This document shows, piece after piece, positions 1 to 13,200 of a stretch of DNA of 64,000 nucleotides; position 1 is the first letter of the stretch, and each line of letters opens with the position of its first letter. A program made the translations under genes and the position numbers. Source of the stretch: Ranitomeya imitator. Lineage: Eukaryota. The stretch spans positions 120,652,001 through 120,716,000 of the forward strand of contig NC_091291.1 in assembly GCF_032444005.1 (NCBI RefSeq). Direction: 5' to 3'. A model generated the notes under the pieces. It had not been told where the DNA came from. It saw only the letters and a program-made list of their open reading frames with translations, and did no database searches.

Positions 1-540
1 TCACCATCACTTCTCTAAGAAAGATGTGCATGCTTTACAGCAGCATGTCACAGACATCACCCTTTCCTTGAAAAAATCTATGTCTGCCAGGGTGCATTTC
101 ACCACTGAAACCTGGACGAGCAAGCATGGCCAGGGGTGCTACATCTCAGTGACTGGGCACTGGGTGACTCTGGTGGCTGTGTGGGCAGGTGGGAAGGGTC
201 TGCTTCACAAGCCTTGGAATCCTCAAGGCTTGCATGGCACTTGGGGATGGAAAACTAAACCACTACATATCAGAGGATAGAGAACTAAATTACTGGACAA
301 CAGAGGTTGGAGAACTAAACTACTAAACACCTAGGATTGGATAACTAAACCCCTACACACCAAGAGTTGGAGACCTAAACCAGTAGATACCAGGGGATGG
401 TGAACTAAACCACTAGCCACCAAGGTGTCACTAGACACCAAGTCTTGGAATCTTCAAGGCTTATGGGACAAACCTCTGTATCTAACACTTCCTCCACTGC
501 TTCTGCTTCCTCCATCTCCTCTAGGGCCTCCACCTGCTCC
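1..540 (+). mobile_element. Degraded hAT-superfamily transposase fragment, interrupted by short tandem repeats (~280-420)
   Basis: ORF 26-280 reads ARVHFTTETWTSKHGQGCYISVTGHWV, resembling the hAT first catalytic Asp region (TTDxWTS...Y.S.T.HW) with D>E; a Ser-rich continuation follows at 445-540. Confidence 0.6.
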
Positions 541-819
541 CTCAAACTCTCCCTTAGGCTGGAGTCACACACAACGTATAAAAATACGGTCCGTTTTTTA
601 CAGACCAAATACGCAGAAATGTTCCCTGAACAGTGATCCATATGTCATCCGTAGGCAAGGTGTGGCTGCGTATTTTGCACATGTAAACCTCCGTATGTAA
701 TCCGTATGGCATCTGTATGGCAAGATTGTCTCGCCGGCTTGCAAAATGAACATAGAATGGATCCATGGGCTCAAATATTCGTTAAAACATATATACAGTC
801 TATATATATATATATATAT

Positions 820-2603
820 ATTATTATTATTATTATTATTATTATACATTTTTATAGCGCCATTTATTCCATGGCGCTTTACATGTGAATACGGGGCAAA
901 TATAGACAAATACATTAAACATGAGCAGATAACAAGGCACACGAGTACATAAGGAGGGAGGACCCTGCCCGCGAGGGCTCACAGTCTGCAGGGGGTGGGT
1001 GAGGATACACTAGGAGAGGGAAGAGCTGGCTGTACGGCTGTTCAGTAGGTTGAGGATCACTGCAGGCTGTAGGCTTGTCGGAAGAGATGAGTCTTCAGGT
1101 TCTTTTTGAAGGTTTCTATGGTAGGCGCAAGTCTGATGTGTTGGGGTAGAGAGTTCCAGAGTATGGGGGAAGCACGGGAGAAGTCTTGGATGCGGTTATG
1201 GGAAGAAGAGATGAGAGGGGAGTAGAGAAGGAGGTCTTGGGAGGATCGGAGGTCGCGTGTAGGTAGGTACCGGGAGACCATGTCACAGATGTATGGAGGA
1301 GACAGGTTGTGGATGGCTTTGTATGTCAGTGTGAGGGTTTTGAACTGGAGTCTCTGGGCGATAGGAAGCCAGTGAAGGGCTTGACACAGGGGAGAGGCTG
1401 GGGAATAGCGGGGGGACAGGTGGATTAGTCGGGCAGCAGAGTGTAGGATGGATTGGAGTGGTGCCAGAGTGCTAGAGGGGAGTCCAGAGAGTAGGAGGTT
1501 GCAGTAGTCGAGGCGGGAGATGATAAGGGCATGCACTAGCGTTTTTGCAGTGTTGCGGTCAAGGAAAGCACGGATCCGGGAAATATTTTTGAGTTTGAGA
1601 CGACAGGAGGAGGCAAGGGCTTGGATATGTGGCTTGAAAGAGAGGGCAGAGTCGAGGATCACCCCGAGGCACCGGGCGTGTGGGACTGGGGATAGTGAGC
1701 AGCCATTGACATTGATGGATAGGTCTGGTGGAGGGGTAGAGTGAGATGGGGGAAAGATGATGAATTCTGTTTTGTCCATGTTCAGTTGTAGAAAGCGAGC
1801 AGAAAAGAAGGCTGAAATGGCAGACAGACAGTGCGGGATTTTGGTAAGCAAGGAGGAGAGGTCAGGTCCGGAGAGGTAGATCTGCGTGTCGTCAGCGTAG
1901 AGATGGTACTGCATACCGTGGGATTCTATGAGCTGTCCCAGGCCGAAAGTGTAGATGGAGAAGAGTAGGGGTCCTAGAACAGAGCCTTGAGGAACACCGA
2001 CTGACAAGGGGCGAAGTGAGGAGGTGGTGTGGGGGAGGGAGACACTGAATGTTCGGTCTGTCAGATATGACGAGATCCAGGAAAGGGCCAAGTCTGTGAT
2101 GCCAAGGGATGAGAGGATTTGTAGCAAAAGGGAGTGGTCTACAGTGTCAAAGGCAGAAGACAAGTCCAGGAGAAGGAGGACAGAGTAGTGTCGCTTGCTC
2201 CTGGCAGTTAGTAGGTCATTGGTGACTTTAGTTAGGGCAGTTTCAGTTGAGTGATGGGAACGGAAGCCTGATTGTAACCGATCAAAGAGGGAGCAGGAGG
2301 AGAAGTGGGAGGACAGTTCAAGATGGACGTGTTGCTCCAGCAATTTGGAGGCATAAGGGAGAAGAGATATTGGGCGATAGCTAGACACAGAGGATGGGTC
2401 GAGGGAGGGCTTTTTGAGGATGGGTGTGATCTTGGCATGCTTGAAGGATGAGGGAAAGACACCTGTTGTGAGTGAGAGGTTGAAGAGGTGTGTTAGGGTT
2501 GGGATGAAGACCGTGGAAAGGTTAGGGATGAGGTGGGATGGGAGCGGGTCAAGCGTGCAGGTGGTGAGGTGTGATCTTGACAGGAGGGTGGAGAGCTGAT
2601 CTT

Positions 2604-2605
<2 letters not shown>
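820..2605 (-). mobile_element. 5'-truncated L2-clade LINE with (AAT)n tail, inserted in a (TA)n tract
   Basis: RT ORF on minus strand; 3' stem-loop AGCGCCAT..ATGGCGCT followed by (AAT)n at 820-845; (TA)n on both flanks. Confidence 0.9.
1057..2604 (-). CDS. L2 ORF2 C-terminal part (reverse transcriptase), uninterrupted but 5'-truncated
   Basis: [33 protein letters not shown] and YADDTQIY motifs; the frame stays open upstream of the listed GTG at 2388 to about 2604. Confidence 0.9.
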
Positions 2606-2639
<34 letters not shown>

Positions 2640-2854
2640 AGTGAGACACATATATATATTTATATTTAATACAGCACTAGATACTGTAGCTTAAAAGCCG
2701 GTAATTCAATTGCCGGCTTTTGCTATCTCCTTATCAAACGCGACAGGATATAAGACATGGTTTACATATAGTAAACCATTTCATATCCCTTATTTTTTTT
2801 ACATATTCCTCACTAATAATGTTAGAATTGTCTGTGTGCAAAATTTGGGGGCTC

Positions 2855-4575
2855 GGTTGTGAATTCAGCTTTTGGGCTCCCTCCGGTGGTTGTAGAGGGT
2901 AATGCAGTTGTGCCTGGACTGCAGGAGTGGACAGGTGTATCTACTAATTGCAGAACTGACTGGGGTATATAGCTTTGGTGGATCCTTTAGTCAGTGCCAG
3001 TTGTCCATTGTTCTGGAAGGATTCACTTCCCTGCTGGTCTCTCCAGGTTGCTGTGCTTTTCTACAAAGATAAGTCCTTGCTTTGTTTTTGCTGTCCACCT
3101 GCTGTGGACCTATAGTTCTGTGCATATTCATGTTTTTGTCTTGTCCAGCTTAGTCTGTGAAGGATTTTTTGCAGCCTAGCTATTTCTCTGGAGATGCAGA
3201 TATACCCCCAATGTCTTTAGTCAGATGTGGTGATCCATATTTTCTGCAGTGGATATTTTCTAGTGTTTTTTATACTGACCGCATAGTACTCTATTCTATT
3301 CTTTCTTTTTAGCTAGTATGGCCTCCTATGCTAAAATCTGATTTCATATCTGCGTATGTTATTTCCCTCTCCTCTCACAGTCAATATTTGTGGGGGGTTA
3401 TCTATCCTTTGGGGATTTTCTCTGAGGCAAGATAGGTTTCCTGTTTCTGTCTTTAGGGGTAGTTAGATCTTAGGCTGTGCCGAGGGGTCTATGGAGTGTT
3501 AGGTACCCCCCACGGCTACTTCTAGTTGCGCTGCTAGGTTCAGGATTTGCGGTCAGTACAGGGACCACCTTCTCCAGAGTCCGTCTCATGCTGCTGCTAG
3601 GCCACCAGATCATAACAGTACAACTGGCCAACAATGAGTTAATTGCATCTCAGAAGAAGGGCGGGAAGCTTTTGAGCCATTTTTTTTTCCTTAGCCTGTT
3701 TGGTATTTTCCTCCCTCTTTACCTCTGGGTGGCTACGGAGTCTAGTATTAACATGAATGTTCAGGAGTTAGTTTCTCGGGTGGATCAGCTTGCTGCTAGG
3801 GTACAGGGTATTTCAGATTTCATTGTTCAGACTCCTGCCTTAGAACCTAAGATTCCCACTCCTGATTTATTCTTTGGTGGCAGATCCAAATATTTGAGTT
3901 TCAAAAATAACTGTAAACTGTTTTTTGCATTAAGAGCCCGGTCTTCTGGTGATCCTATTCAGCAGGTTAAAATCATCATATCTCTGCTGCGTGGTGACCC
4001 ACAGGATTGGGCATTTTCCCTAGAATCTGGCAATCCTGCTTTGCTTAATGTTGATTCGTTCTTTCAGGCATTGGGGTTGTTGTATGATGAGCCTAATTCT
4101 GTGGATCAGGCTGAGAAAATCTTGTTAGCCCTGTGTCAAGGTCAAGAAGTGGCAGAATTGTATTGCCAGAAATTTAGAAAATCGTCTGTACTGACTAAAT
4201 GGAATGAGGATGCCTTGGCGGAAATTTTCAGAAAGGGTCTTTCTGAATCCGTTAAAGATGTTATGGTGGGGTTCCCCACGCCTGCTGGTCTGAGTGATTC
4301 TATGTCTCTGGCCATTCAGATTGATCGGCGCTTGCATGAGCGCAGAGTTGTGCACACTGTGGCGTTGCCCTCTGAGCGAAGCCCTGAGCCTATGCAGTGT
4401 GATAGGATTTTGTCTAGAGCTGAACGTCAAACATTCAGGCGTCAGAATAGGTTGTGTTTTTACTGCGGCGATTCTGCTCATGTTATTTCTGATTGCCCTA
4501 AGCGTACTAAGAGAATCGCTAGTTCTGTTGCCATCAGTACTATACAACCTAAATTTCTGTTATCCGTGACCTTGA
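2855..4575 (+). mobile_element. Truncated Ty3/Gypsy (Tf1/sushi-type) element A: LTR 2855-3617 plus gag
   Basis: LTR (G)GTTGTGAATT...CATAACA, homologous at both ends to element B LTRs; gag follows; sequence breaks off at the start of the protease region. Confidence 0.85.
3753..4575 (+). pseudogene. Gag with CCHC zinc knuckle, truncated
   Basis: MNVQELVSRVDQL...LRGDPQDWAF...CFYCGDSAHVISDC; clearly homologous to element B gag. Confidence 0.85.
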
Positions 4576-5747
4576 CAGTACCCCGAAACACAGTGTCTGC
4601 AAATTGAGATTCTGGTTTGGCTATTATCCTAAGTCATGTGACAAGGCTCGTTAAAGGGTAGAAATTGACTGTTAGGATTGCTACTTCCAATAGGTGGCAC
4701 TCAAGTTCTAGTCCTCTTCCTCTCTGAAGAGACAATTTGCATATTTTCCAGAGGAGCATTGCGGCTTTAAGTCTCCTCACCTCAACATGCTTAGGATTTC
4801 GCTTGCCGGTGGACAGTCATGTCAGCACAAGTATGTGATTTGTATACTTCTGGCCACATTCTGACTAGACGTGCCTGGCCTCACTCAGTTCATTTTCATT
4901 GAGTGATGCCACACATGTCTAGTTAGCATGTGACCGCATGTATGTAAATCGCCAGCATGAGAGAATCCTGACAGCATGCAGGGCACACTGTGAGAAATCA
5001 GAAGTCTGCAGTCACACAGAATGACTGCAGACTCATTACAAACCTGGACATCCACTTTAATGCTCCCAACATAACATAGCAAACAACATTTACATCCAGG
5101 TACTCATCCACATCTTATCTCTGCAGACTTCCATCTTCTCCGCTCCCTTTGTAGAAAATCTCTACATGATGCCCTTAAAGATAGAAGTGTCATTATAATG
5201 CTCGTGAATAAAAAATTGCCCCTCACTATATTGTCTGCACAAAATGTGACCCTCACACTGTCCCTCTTCTGGTACATGCTCTTTACACTGACCTCTCCTT
5301 TCTATACCGGCCCCCCCTCTTCACACTGTTCTCTCATACTGTGTCCCCCCTATAGAGCTCAGTATTTATACTGTACTCTCTCATCACACTCCCCCTTCCT
5401 GGTACACTGTCCCCTCCTGGCTGTGCCCTTACATTGTCCCCCCCATGCTGTGCCCCTACTGCTCAGTTTCTAGTCTGTGCCAACTCACTTTTCTCCCCCC
5501 ATACTGTCTCTTCACACTATTCCCATCCCTCCTCATACTGTCTCCTCTCAAATCCCCCCTGTTCACCATACTGTCACCTCATATATTTACCCCCTAACTT
5601 TCTATACTGCCTGCTCACCTGACTCCTCATACTATGTCTGCACTCATCCCATCACCTTCACTCCCCGTACTCTGTCCGCATACATTTTTCACATCGCTAT
5701 TCATACGGTGTCCGCATACATTCACCATTCGCTCCTCATACTGTCTT

Positions 5748-6738
5748 TGTGGCACCCCAGGAGTCCAGTTGCCACAGTGGCATTGCCTCCCTCACAGGGG
5801 GTGATGTCATGCCTGGAAGCAAGGAGGGGTCCCCTTACCAGGTAACACCAGCATCCAATACTTTCCTACTCCAGACCTGAAGGGGGAGCTCTACACCCGC
5901 TTTCAGGAGAGCTTCCCTATAAGTTCTGGCCTGGAGGTGGACTTAGTCAGTAGTGAGTAGCTGTGAGGAGAGCAGGCAAGTCAAGGAGAACCTGGGGAGT
6001 GGAGCTGTAGCCAGGCTCACCCCAGAAGAGAGCGCTGACAAAAGAGGATGCCAGAGTCCTTGGCTGTACGCCACGACAGCCGAATCTGCAGGGCAGGGAA
6101 CTGCAAGCTCCCTGGCCATACTGACGCCTGGAGGCACCGCAGCAGACCAAGAGCCGAGGCTGCCAGTGAAAAGGCAGTGCCCGTGATAGGCTCACGCTGT
6201 CTGCCATACAGGTTAGAAGCAACACGCAGGAGAGGAACTTGAGCTTGGCTTAAAGCAGCAAGGACCTAGAGAATAGCACAGAAGGAAGACTTCCAAACCC
6301 ACCTGGCTAGGTGGATCTCAAGTTGCTTCCAGGCTGCCCAGACCCCATCATCATCTGATTCCCGTGCCCCAGACTGCACCTGCACTAACAAGGTAAAAGA
6401 AACTGCAATCCTTGTGTCCTCCAGTCCCGCACCCTCAGTCCTGCACGCCATCGTCTACAATCCCATACCAACTATACCGGTAGCCCTGGGCCTCGCTCCA
6501 CCTGTGGGGGCAGAACCATCCCAGCTGCATCACCATCGGCCCCAGCGGTCCCCATAGGCAGCGTCGGCCATCCATTGCCGAACACCACAGGTGGCTTCAC
6601 AAACGAATCTCCCATAAACTTTATTCCCCTTGCATTTTTATTGCACGTCCAGGGCCATGGAACGGGTCGCTGCTGTGACAACCCCCTTAAGAACCGTCTG
6701 ACCGGCCTGCGTATCCCACAACCCTGGTGGGCGTCACA
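5748..6738. mobile_element. Probable solo LTR (~990 bp)
   Basis: TGTGGCACCCC...GGGCGTCACA ends; interrupts a C/A-rich low-complexity repeat; flanks TCTT/TCTG form an imperfect 4-bp TSD. Confidence 0.5.
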
Positions 6739-7713
6739 TCTGCACCCATCCCCACTCACCATACTGTGTCTGCACCCATCCCCTATACTGTTTCCTCATA
6801 TATGCCCCCATTCCCTCATAGATTCCTTGTACATGCCCCCCATTCCCCAGTACTGTTTCGTCATGCCCTCATTTCCCTTACTGTTTCCTCATACATGCCC
6901 CCCATTCCCCCGTACTGTTTCCGCATACATGCTCCCCAGTCCCCTGTACTGATTCCTCATACATGCCCCATCTCCCCCTTTGCTCTTCATTTTGTGTCCT
7001 CAAATCTCCCCCACACATTAAATCCCCCATCCTTACTCCAAATCTCCCTACACACATTAAATCCACCATCCCCACTCCAAATCTACCCCCACACATTAAA
7101 TCCTCCCATCCTCACTCAATATCTCTCCACACATTAAACACCCCCATCCCCACTCCAATTCCCTTCACACACAAATAACCCCATCTCTAATCCAAATCTC
7201 CCACCACACAATAAATCCCCTCATCCCCACTCCCATTCTCCCCACACACATTAAACACCCCATTCCCACTACACATAATAAATCCCCCCATCCCCATGTA
7301 AGGTTCTAGCAGGAATGCAGGATGCAGTGAAGAGCAGGAGGCAGAGCAAGAGTTAACGGATTTTATCTCATGTACAGCACCATGGAATTAATGGTGCTAT
7401 ATAAATAAATAATAATATAGGTATATGATTTTCTCAGCAGTAAATACTCCACGCATGGAGTGAGGGGTTGTAAATATATAGGCCCACAAAGTGTATATAA
7501 CAATGAGGTAACTATAATGGGTGAAATATCAGGTTAACTTTTCAGTCTCTGGTTCCTGGAAAATCCTACGATGGCGCTGCAGGTGGCCCAAGAAGTCCCT
7601 AAGCCGGTTCAAAAGTAATTGTTCACTTTCCCGTCTTTTTCATCTGGCCCAGACCGACATGACAATTTCTTCTAGCCAGGACTTGGCAGCAGAGAATGCA
7701 ACAAAGATTTATA

Positions 7714-7975
7714 GGGCAGCACGGTGGCTCGGTGGATAGCACTGCAGCCTTGCAGCGCTGGGGTCCTGGGTTCTAATCCCACCTTGGACAACATCTGCAA
7801 GGAGTATGTATGTTCTCCCAGTCTTTGCGTGGGTTTCCTCCCACATTCCAAAGACATACTGATAGGGAATTTAGATTGTGAGCCCCATCGGGAACAGTGA
7901 TGATAATGTGTGCAAAACTGTAAAGTGCTGTGGAATATGTTAGAGCTATATAAAAAGATTATTATTATTATTATT
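7714..7975 (+). mobile_element. tRNA-derived V-SINE-like element with L2-type 3' tail
   Basis: A-box TGGCTCGGTGG, B-box GGTTCTAATCC, V-domain-like TGTATGTTCTCCC..TTGCGTGGGTTTCCTCC, 3' TAAAGTGCTG..GCTATATAAA plus (ATT)n. Confidence 0.8.
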
Positions 7976-8429
7976 TTGCGTCTCATATTTTCAGCACTGT
8001 CCCCAATGGGACTATTCCCAACCTGCACAAACTCCTCATCTTGCCGATGTCCCAATACTGAGCCGCTGCTGCCATATGTGACCCTGTTACTATCTACTGT
8101 GTGGTTGTCTGTGCCCTCTAAATTCTAAAGCAACCCTCTAGAATATAGTGATTCCAGGTGCAAGTGCCCTAGAAAAACAGTGCCCACATTTATCCCCTAG
8201 AAAGTAATAATGCCCGGTGTGCTCCTTCACAGTAACCTGGAGGTTCCCTTATAACAATAAGTGCCCACTTTACATTTAATAATGTCCCGAGTCTCTCCCT
8301 TTAAAGCTCCCCTCTACACAATATGATGCTCTTATACAGTCTAATGCCCCCTCACACTATATATATATATATTTTGACCCCTTACTATTCGCCAGTTTGA
8401 TAGCTCTAACACTAATCTCCACACTGTAT

Positions 8430-9295
8430 GACCCCCTAGATAGTCTCCATATAGTATAACGCACCTGACAATCCTCAATATAGTATAATGCACACCCCAT
8501 AGGCAGCCTCTATAGTATAATGCAGCCTCTAATATAATGCACCCCATAGGCAGCCTCTATAGTATAATGCAGCCCCTAATATAATGCACCCCCATAGGCA
8601 GCCTCTATAGTGTAATGCATCTCCATAAGCAACCTGTATCATATATTGTCAAACAAAAAAGGCAGCAAACTTTTGCACCAAAACTTGCAAACATGTAAAA
8701 TGAAAATTGAATTGCATTGCTGCACTAGAAATATGAAAATGTGAGAAAGTTTAGCTCAAAAATTGGCCAATTCATGTGTACCTGGTAGCCACGATAAGGT
8801 ATTTCTCGTATACCAGGACCTAGCAATGCTTTTCCTCACTTAGAATAAAGTCTTCATCTGTATGGAAACATGAATCCTCTGTTAGACTAAAATCTATCTC
8901 TCTGTGGAGGGGGTAGTGGTCCTGCTGTGATTAAAAACACCTGTGGCTAAAAGGCGGAGTGCTCAGTCAGAAGACTAATGAATACAAATTTCAAAAAACT
9001 GACTGTCACATCCAAACATAGACTAAGTGTGAACAGGTGCTGAACCTAGAGTCACCAACTACTCATATACACTCAAACAAAAAAGGCAGCGCTAAAACTT
9101 GCAATCATGAAAAATGAAAATTGAATTGCATTACTGCAATAGAAATATGAAAAATTTGTATCATATATTGCACCCCCATAGTCAGCCTCTATAGTATAAT
9201 GCATCCCCATAGGCAGCCTGTATAGTGTAATGCACCTCCATAGGCAGCCTGTATTATTGCACCCCCATAGGCAGCCTGTATAGTATAATGCCCCC
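8430..9295. repeat. ~30-bp minisatellite (CCCCATAGGCAGCCTCTATAGTATAATGCA), resuming at 15098-15260 after the Gypsy insertion
   Basis: Many tandem imperfect copies on both sides of Gypsy element B. Confidence 0.85.
8649..9156. mobile_element. 508-bp insertion with 14-bp TSD and ~85-bp terminal direct repeats (possibly Penelope-like)
   Basis: TGTATCATATATTG at 8635-8648 and 9157-9170; 8649-8740 is repeated at 9073-9154. Confidence 0.6.
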
Positions 9296-10100
9296 TGTTG
9301 TGAATTCTGTTGTCAAGCTCCCTCCTGTGGTTATGAATGGTACTTCGGCTGGTTCTGTCCATGGGCTTCCTCTGGTGGTTGTGAGTGGGGCTGAGGCTTC
9401 TGAGGTTCCTTCCACAGGTGACGAGGTTAATTCGTTAGCTGGCTGCTCTATTTAACTCCACTTAGATCATTGCTCCATGCCTCCTGTCAATGTTCGAGTA
9501 TTGGTCTAGTTCGCTCCTGGATCGTTCTTGTGACCTGTCTGAGTTCCTGCTTGTTTTTCTCTTGTTTGCTATTTTTCTGTCCAGCTTGCTATTTTGATTT
9601 TTGCCTTGCTTGCTGGAAGCTCTGGGATGCAGAGGGGCGCCTCCGCACCGTGAGTCGGTGCGGAGGGTCTTTTTGCGCCCTCTGCGTGGTCTTTTTGTAG
9701 TTTTTGTGCTGACCGCAAAGTTACCTTTCCTATCCTCTGTCTGTTCAGTAAGTCGGGCCTCTCTTTGCTAAATCTATTTCATCTCTGTTTGTAATTTTCA
9801 TCTTAACTCACAGTCATTATATGTGGGGGGCTGCCTTTTCCTTTGGGGAATTTCTCTGAGGCAAGGTAGGCTTTATTTTTCTATCTTTAGGGCTAGCTAG
9901 TTCCTTAGGCTGTGATGAGTTGCATAGGGAGCGTTAGGAGCAATCCACGGCTATTTCTAGTGTGTGTGATAGGATTAGGGATTGCGGTCAGCAGAGTTCC
10001 CACATCCCAGAGCTTGTCCTGTTTTATTAGTAACTATCAGGTCATTCCGTGTGCTCTTAACCACCAGGTCCATTATTGTCCTAACCACCAGGTCATAACA
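9296..10100 (+). repeat. 5' LTR of element B
   Basis: TGTTGTGAATT...GGTCATAACA; matches 14277-15097 with substitutions and a ~16-bp indel near 9540. Confidence 0.95.
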
Positions 10101-10235
10101 GTACAGGTGGCCCAAAGTATTAATGCATCTCAATAGAGGGATAAGAGAAGTTCTGAGACCATTTTTTTTCTTTGCAGTGTGTTTTGTCTCTCTTTTCCCC
10201 TTTACCTCTGGGTGGTTCAGGATACAGGTGTAAAC

Positions 10236-13200
10236 ATGGACATTCAAGGTTTGTACTCTTGTATGGATAATCTCACTGCAAGGGTACAAAACATTCAAGA
10301 TTTTGTGGTTCAGAATCCGATGTCAGAGCCTAGGATTCCAATTCCTGATTTGTTTTTTGGGGATAGATCTAAGTTTCTGAATTTCAAAAATAATTGTAAA
10401 TTGTTTCTTGCTTTGAAACCTCGCTCCTCAGGTGACCCTGTTCAACAAGTGAAAATCATTATTTCTTTGTTACGTGGCGACCCTCAAGACTGGGCATTTT
10501 CCCTTGCGCCAGGAGATCCGACATTGCGAGATGTAGATGTGTTTTTTTCTGGCGCTTGGATTGCTTTATGATGAACCAAATTCAGTGGATCAGGCAGAGA
10601 AAATCTTTCTGGCTCTGTGTCAGGGTCAGGATGAGGTAGAGATATATTGTCAGAAGTTTAGGAAGTGGTCTGTACTCAGAATGAATGTGCCCTGGCAGCA
10701 ATTTTCAGAAAGGGTCTCTCTGAAGCCCTTAAGGATGTCATGGTGGGATTTCCCATGCCTGCTGGTCTGAATGAGTCTATATCTTTGGCCATTCAGATCG
10801 ATCAACGCTTGCGTGAGCGTAAAGCTGTGCACCATTTGGCGGTATTATCTGAGCATAGACCTGAGCCTATGCAATGTGATAGGACTTTGACCAGAGCTGA
10901 ACGGCAAGAACACAGACGTCGGAATGGGCTGTGTTTTTACTGTGGTGATTCCACTCATGCTATCTCCGATTGTCCTAAGCGCACTAAGCGTTTCGCTAGG
11001 TCTGCCACCATTGGTACGGTACAGTCTAAATTTCTTTTGTCCGTTACTCTGATTTGCTCTTTGTCATCCTATTCTGTTATGGCATTTGTGGATTCAGGCG
11101 CTGCCCTGAATTTGATGGACTTGGAGTTTGCTAGGCGCTGTGGTTTTTTTTGGAGCCCTTGCAGTATCCTATTCCATGGAGAGGAATTGATGCTACGCCT
11201 TTGGCCAAGAATAAGCCTCAGTACTGGACCCAATTGACCATGTGCATGGCTCCTGCACATCAGGAGGATATTCGCTTTTTGGTGTTGCATAATCTGCATG
11301 ATGTGGTCGTTTTGGGGTTGCCATGGCTACAGGTCCATAATCCAGTATTGGATTGGAAATCTATGTCTGTGTCCAGCTGGGGTTGTCAGGGGGTACATGG
11401 TGATGTTCCATTTTTGTCTATTTCGTCATCCACCCCTTCTGAAGTCCCGGAGTTTTTGTCGGATTACCGGGATGTATTTGATGAGCCCAAATCCAGTGCC
11501 CTACCTTCTCATAGGGATTGCGATTGTGCTATTAATTTGATTCCTGGTAGTAAGTTTCCTAAGGGCCGACTGTTCAATTTATCTGCGCCAGAACGCGGAG
11601 TTATATAAAGGAATCCTTGGAGAAAAGTCATATTCGCCCGTCGTCGTCACCATTGGGAGCAGGGTTCTTTTTTGTGGCCAAGAAGGATGGTTCTTTGAGA
11701 CCTTGTATTGATTACCGCCTTCTTAATAAGATCACAGTCAAATTTCAGTACCCTTTGCCGCTGCTGTCTGATTTATTTGCTCGGATTAAGGGGGCTAGTT
11801 GGTTCACCAAGATAGATCTTCGTGGTGCGTATAATCTTGTGCGTATTAAACAGGGCGATGAATGGAAAACAGCATTTAATACGCCTGAGGGCCATTTTGA
11901 GTACCTGGTTATGCCATTCGGGCTTTCCAATGCTCCATCAGTATTTCAGTCCTTTATGCATGACATCTTCCGAGAGTACCTGGATAAATTCCTGATTGTA
12001 TATTTGGATGATATTTTGGTCTTCTCGGATGATTGGGAGTCTCACGTGAAGCAGGTCAGAATGGTATTCCAGGTCCTTCGTGCAAATTTTTTGTTTGTGA
12101 AGGGGTCAAAGTGTCTCTTTGGAGTTCAGAAGGTTTCATTTTTGGGTTTCATTTTTTCCCCTTCTACTATCGAGATGGACCCTGTTAAAGTCCAGGCCAT
12201 TTATGATTGGACTCAGCCGACATCTGTGAAGAGTCTGCAAAACTTCCTGGGCTTTGCTAATTTTTATCGTCGCTTCATCAGTAATTTTTCTAGTGTTGCT
12301 AAACCGTTGACTGATTTGACCAAGAAGGGTGCTGATGTGGTCAATTGGTCTTCTGCGGCTGTGGAAGCTTTTCAGGAGTTGAAGCGTCGCTTTTCTTCTG
12401 CCCCTGTGTTGTGCCAGCCAGATGTTTCACTCCCGTTTCAGGTGGAGGTTGATGCTTCTGAGATTGGAGCAGGGGCTGTTTTGTCGCAAAGAAGTTCTGA
12501 TGGCTCGGTGATGAAACCATGTGCCTTCTTTTCTAGAAAGTTTTCGCCTGCTGAGCGCAATTATGATGTTGGCAATCGAGAGTTGTTGGCCATGAAGTGG
12601 GCATTCGAGGAGTGGCGTCATTGGCTTGAAGGAGCCAAGCATCGCGTGGTGGTCTTGACGGATCACAAGAATTTGACTTATCTCGAGTCTGCCAAACGGT
12701 TGAATCCTAGACAGGCTCGTTGGTCGCTATTTTTCTCCCGTTTTGATTTTGTGGTTTCGTACCTTCCGGGCTCTAAGAATGTGAAGGCTGATGCCCTGTC
12801 AAGGAGTTTTGTGCCCGACTCTCCGGGTGTTCCTGAGCCGGCGGGTATTCTCAGAGAGGGGGTAATTTTGTCTGCCATCTCCCCTGATTTGCGGCGGGTG
12901 CTGCAAAAATTTCAGGCTGATAGACCTGACCGTTGCCCAGCGGAGAAACTGTTTGTCCCTGATAAATGGACTATTAGAGTTATCTCTGAGGTTCATTGTT
13001 CGGTGTTGGCTGGTCATCCTGGAATCTTTGGTACCAGAGATTTGGTGGCTAGATCCTTTTGGTGGCCGTCTTTGTCACGGGATGTGCGTTCTTTTATGCA
13101 GTCCTGTGGGACTTGTGCTCGGGCTAAGCCCTGCTGTTCTCGTGCCAGTGGGTTGCTTTTGCCCTTGCCGGTCCCGAAGAGGCCCTGGACGCATATTTCT

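Larger units (their letters stand above)
557..2854. mobile_element. Partial TWA-target (PIF/Harbinger-like) MITE, split by the L2 insertion and cut by the LTR at 2855
   Basis: Begins TTA|GGCTGGAGTCACAC, the reverse complement of the end of the copy at 36106-37418; 2690-2850 is the reverse complement of ~36900-37078. Confidence 0.7.

Noticed and set aside
8825-8865. Functional hammerhead ribozyme
   Set aside because: Core deviates (CAGATGA, extra bases before GAAA, no clear NUH site); at most a decayed relic.
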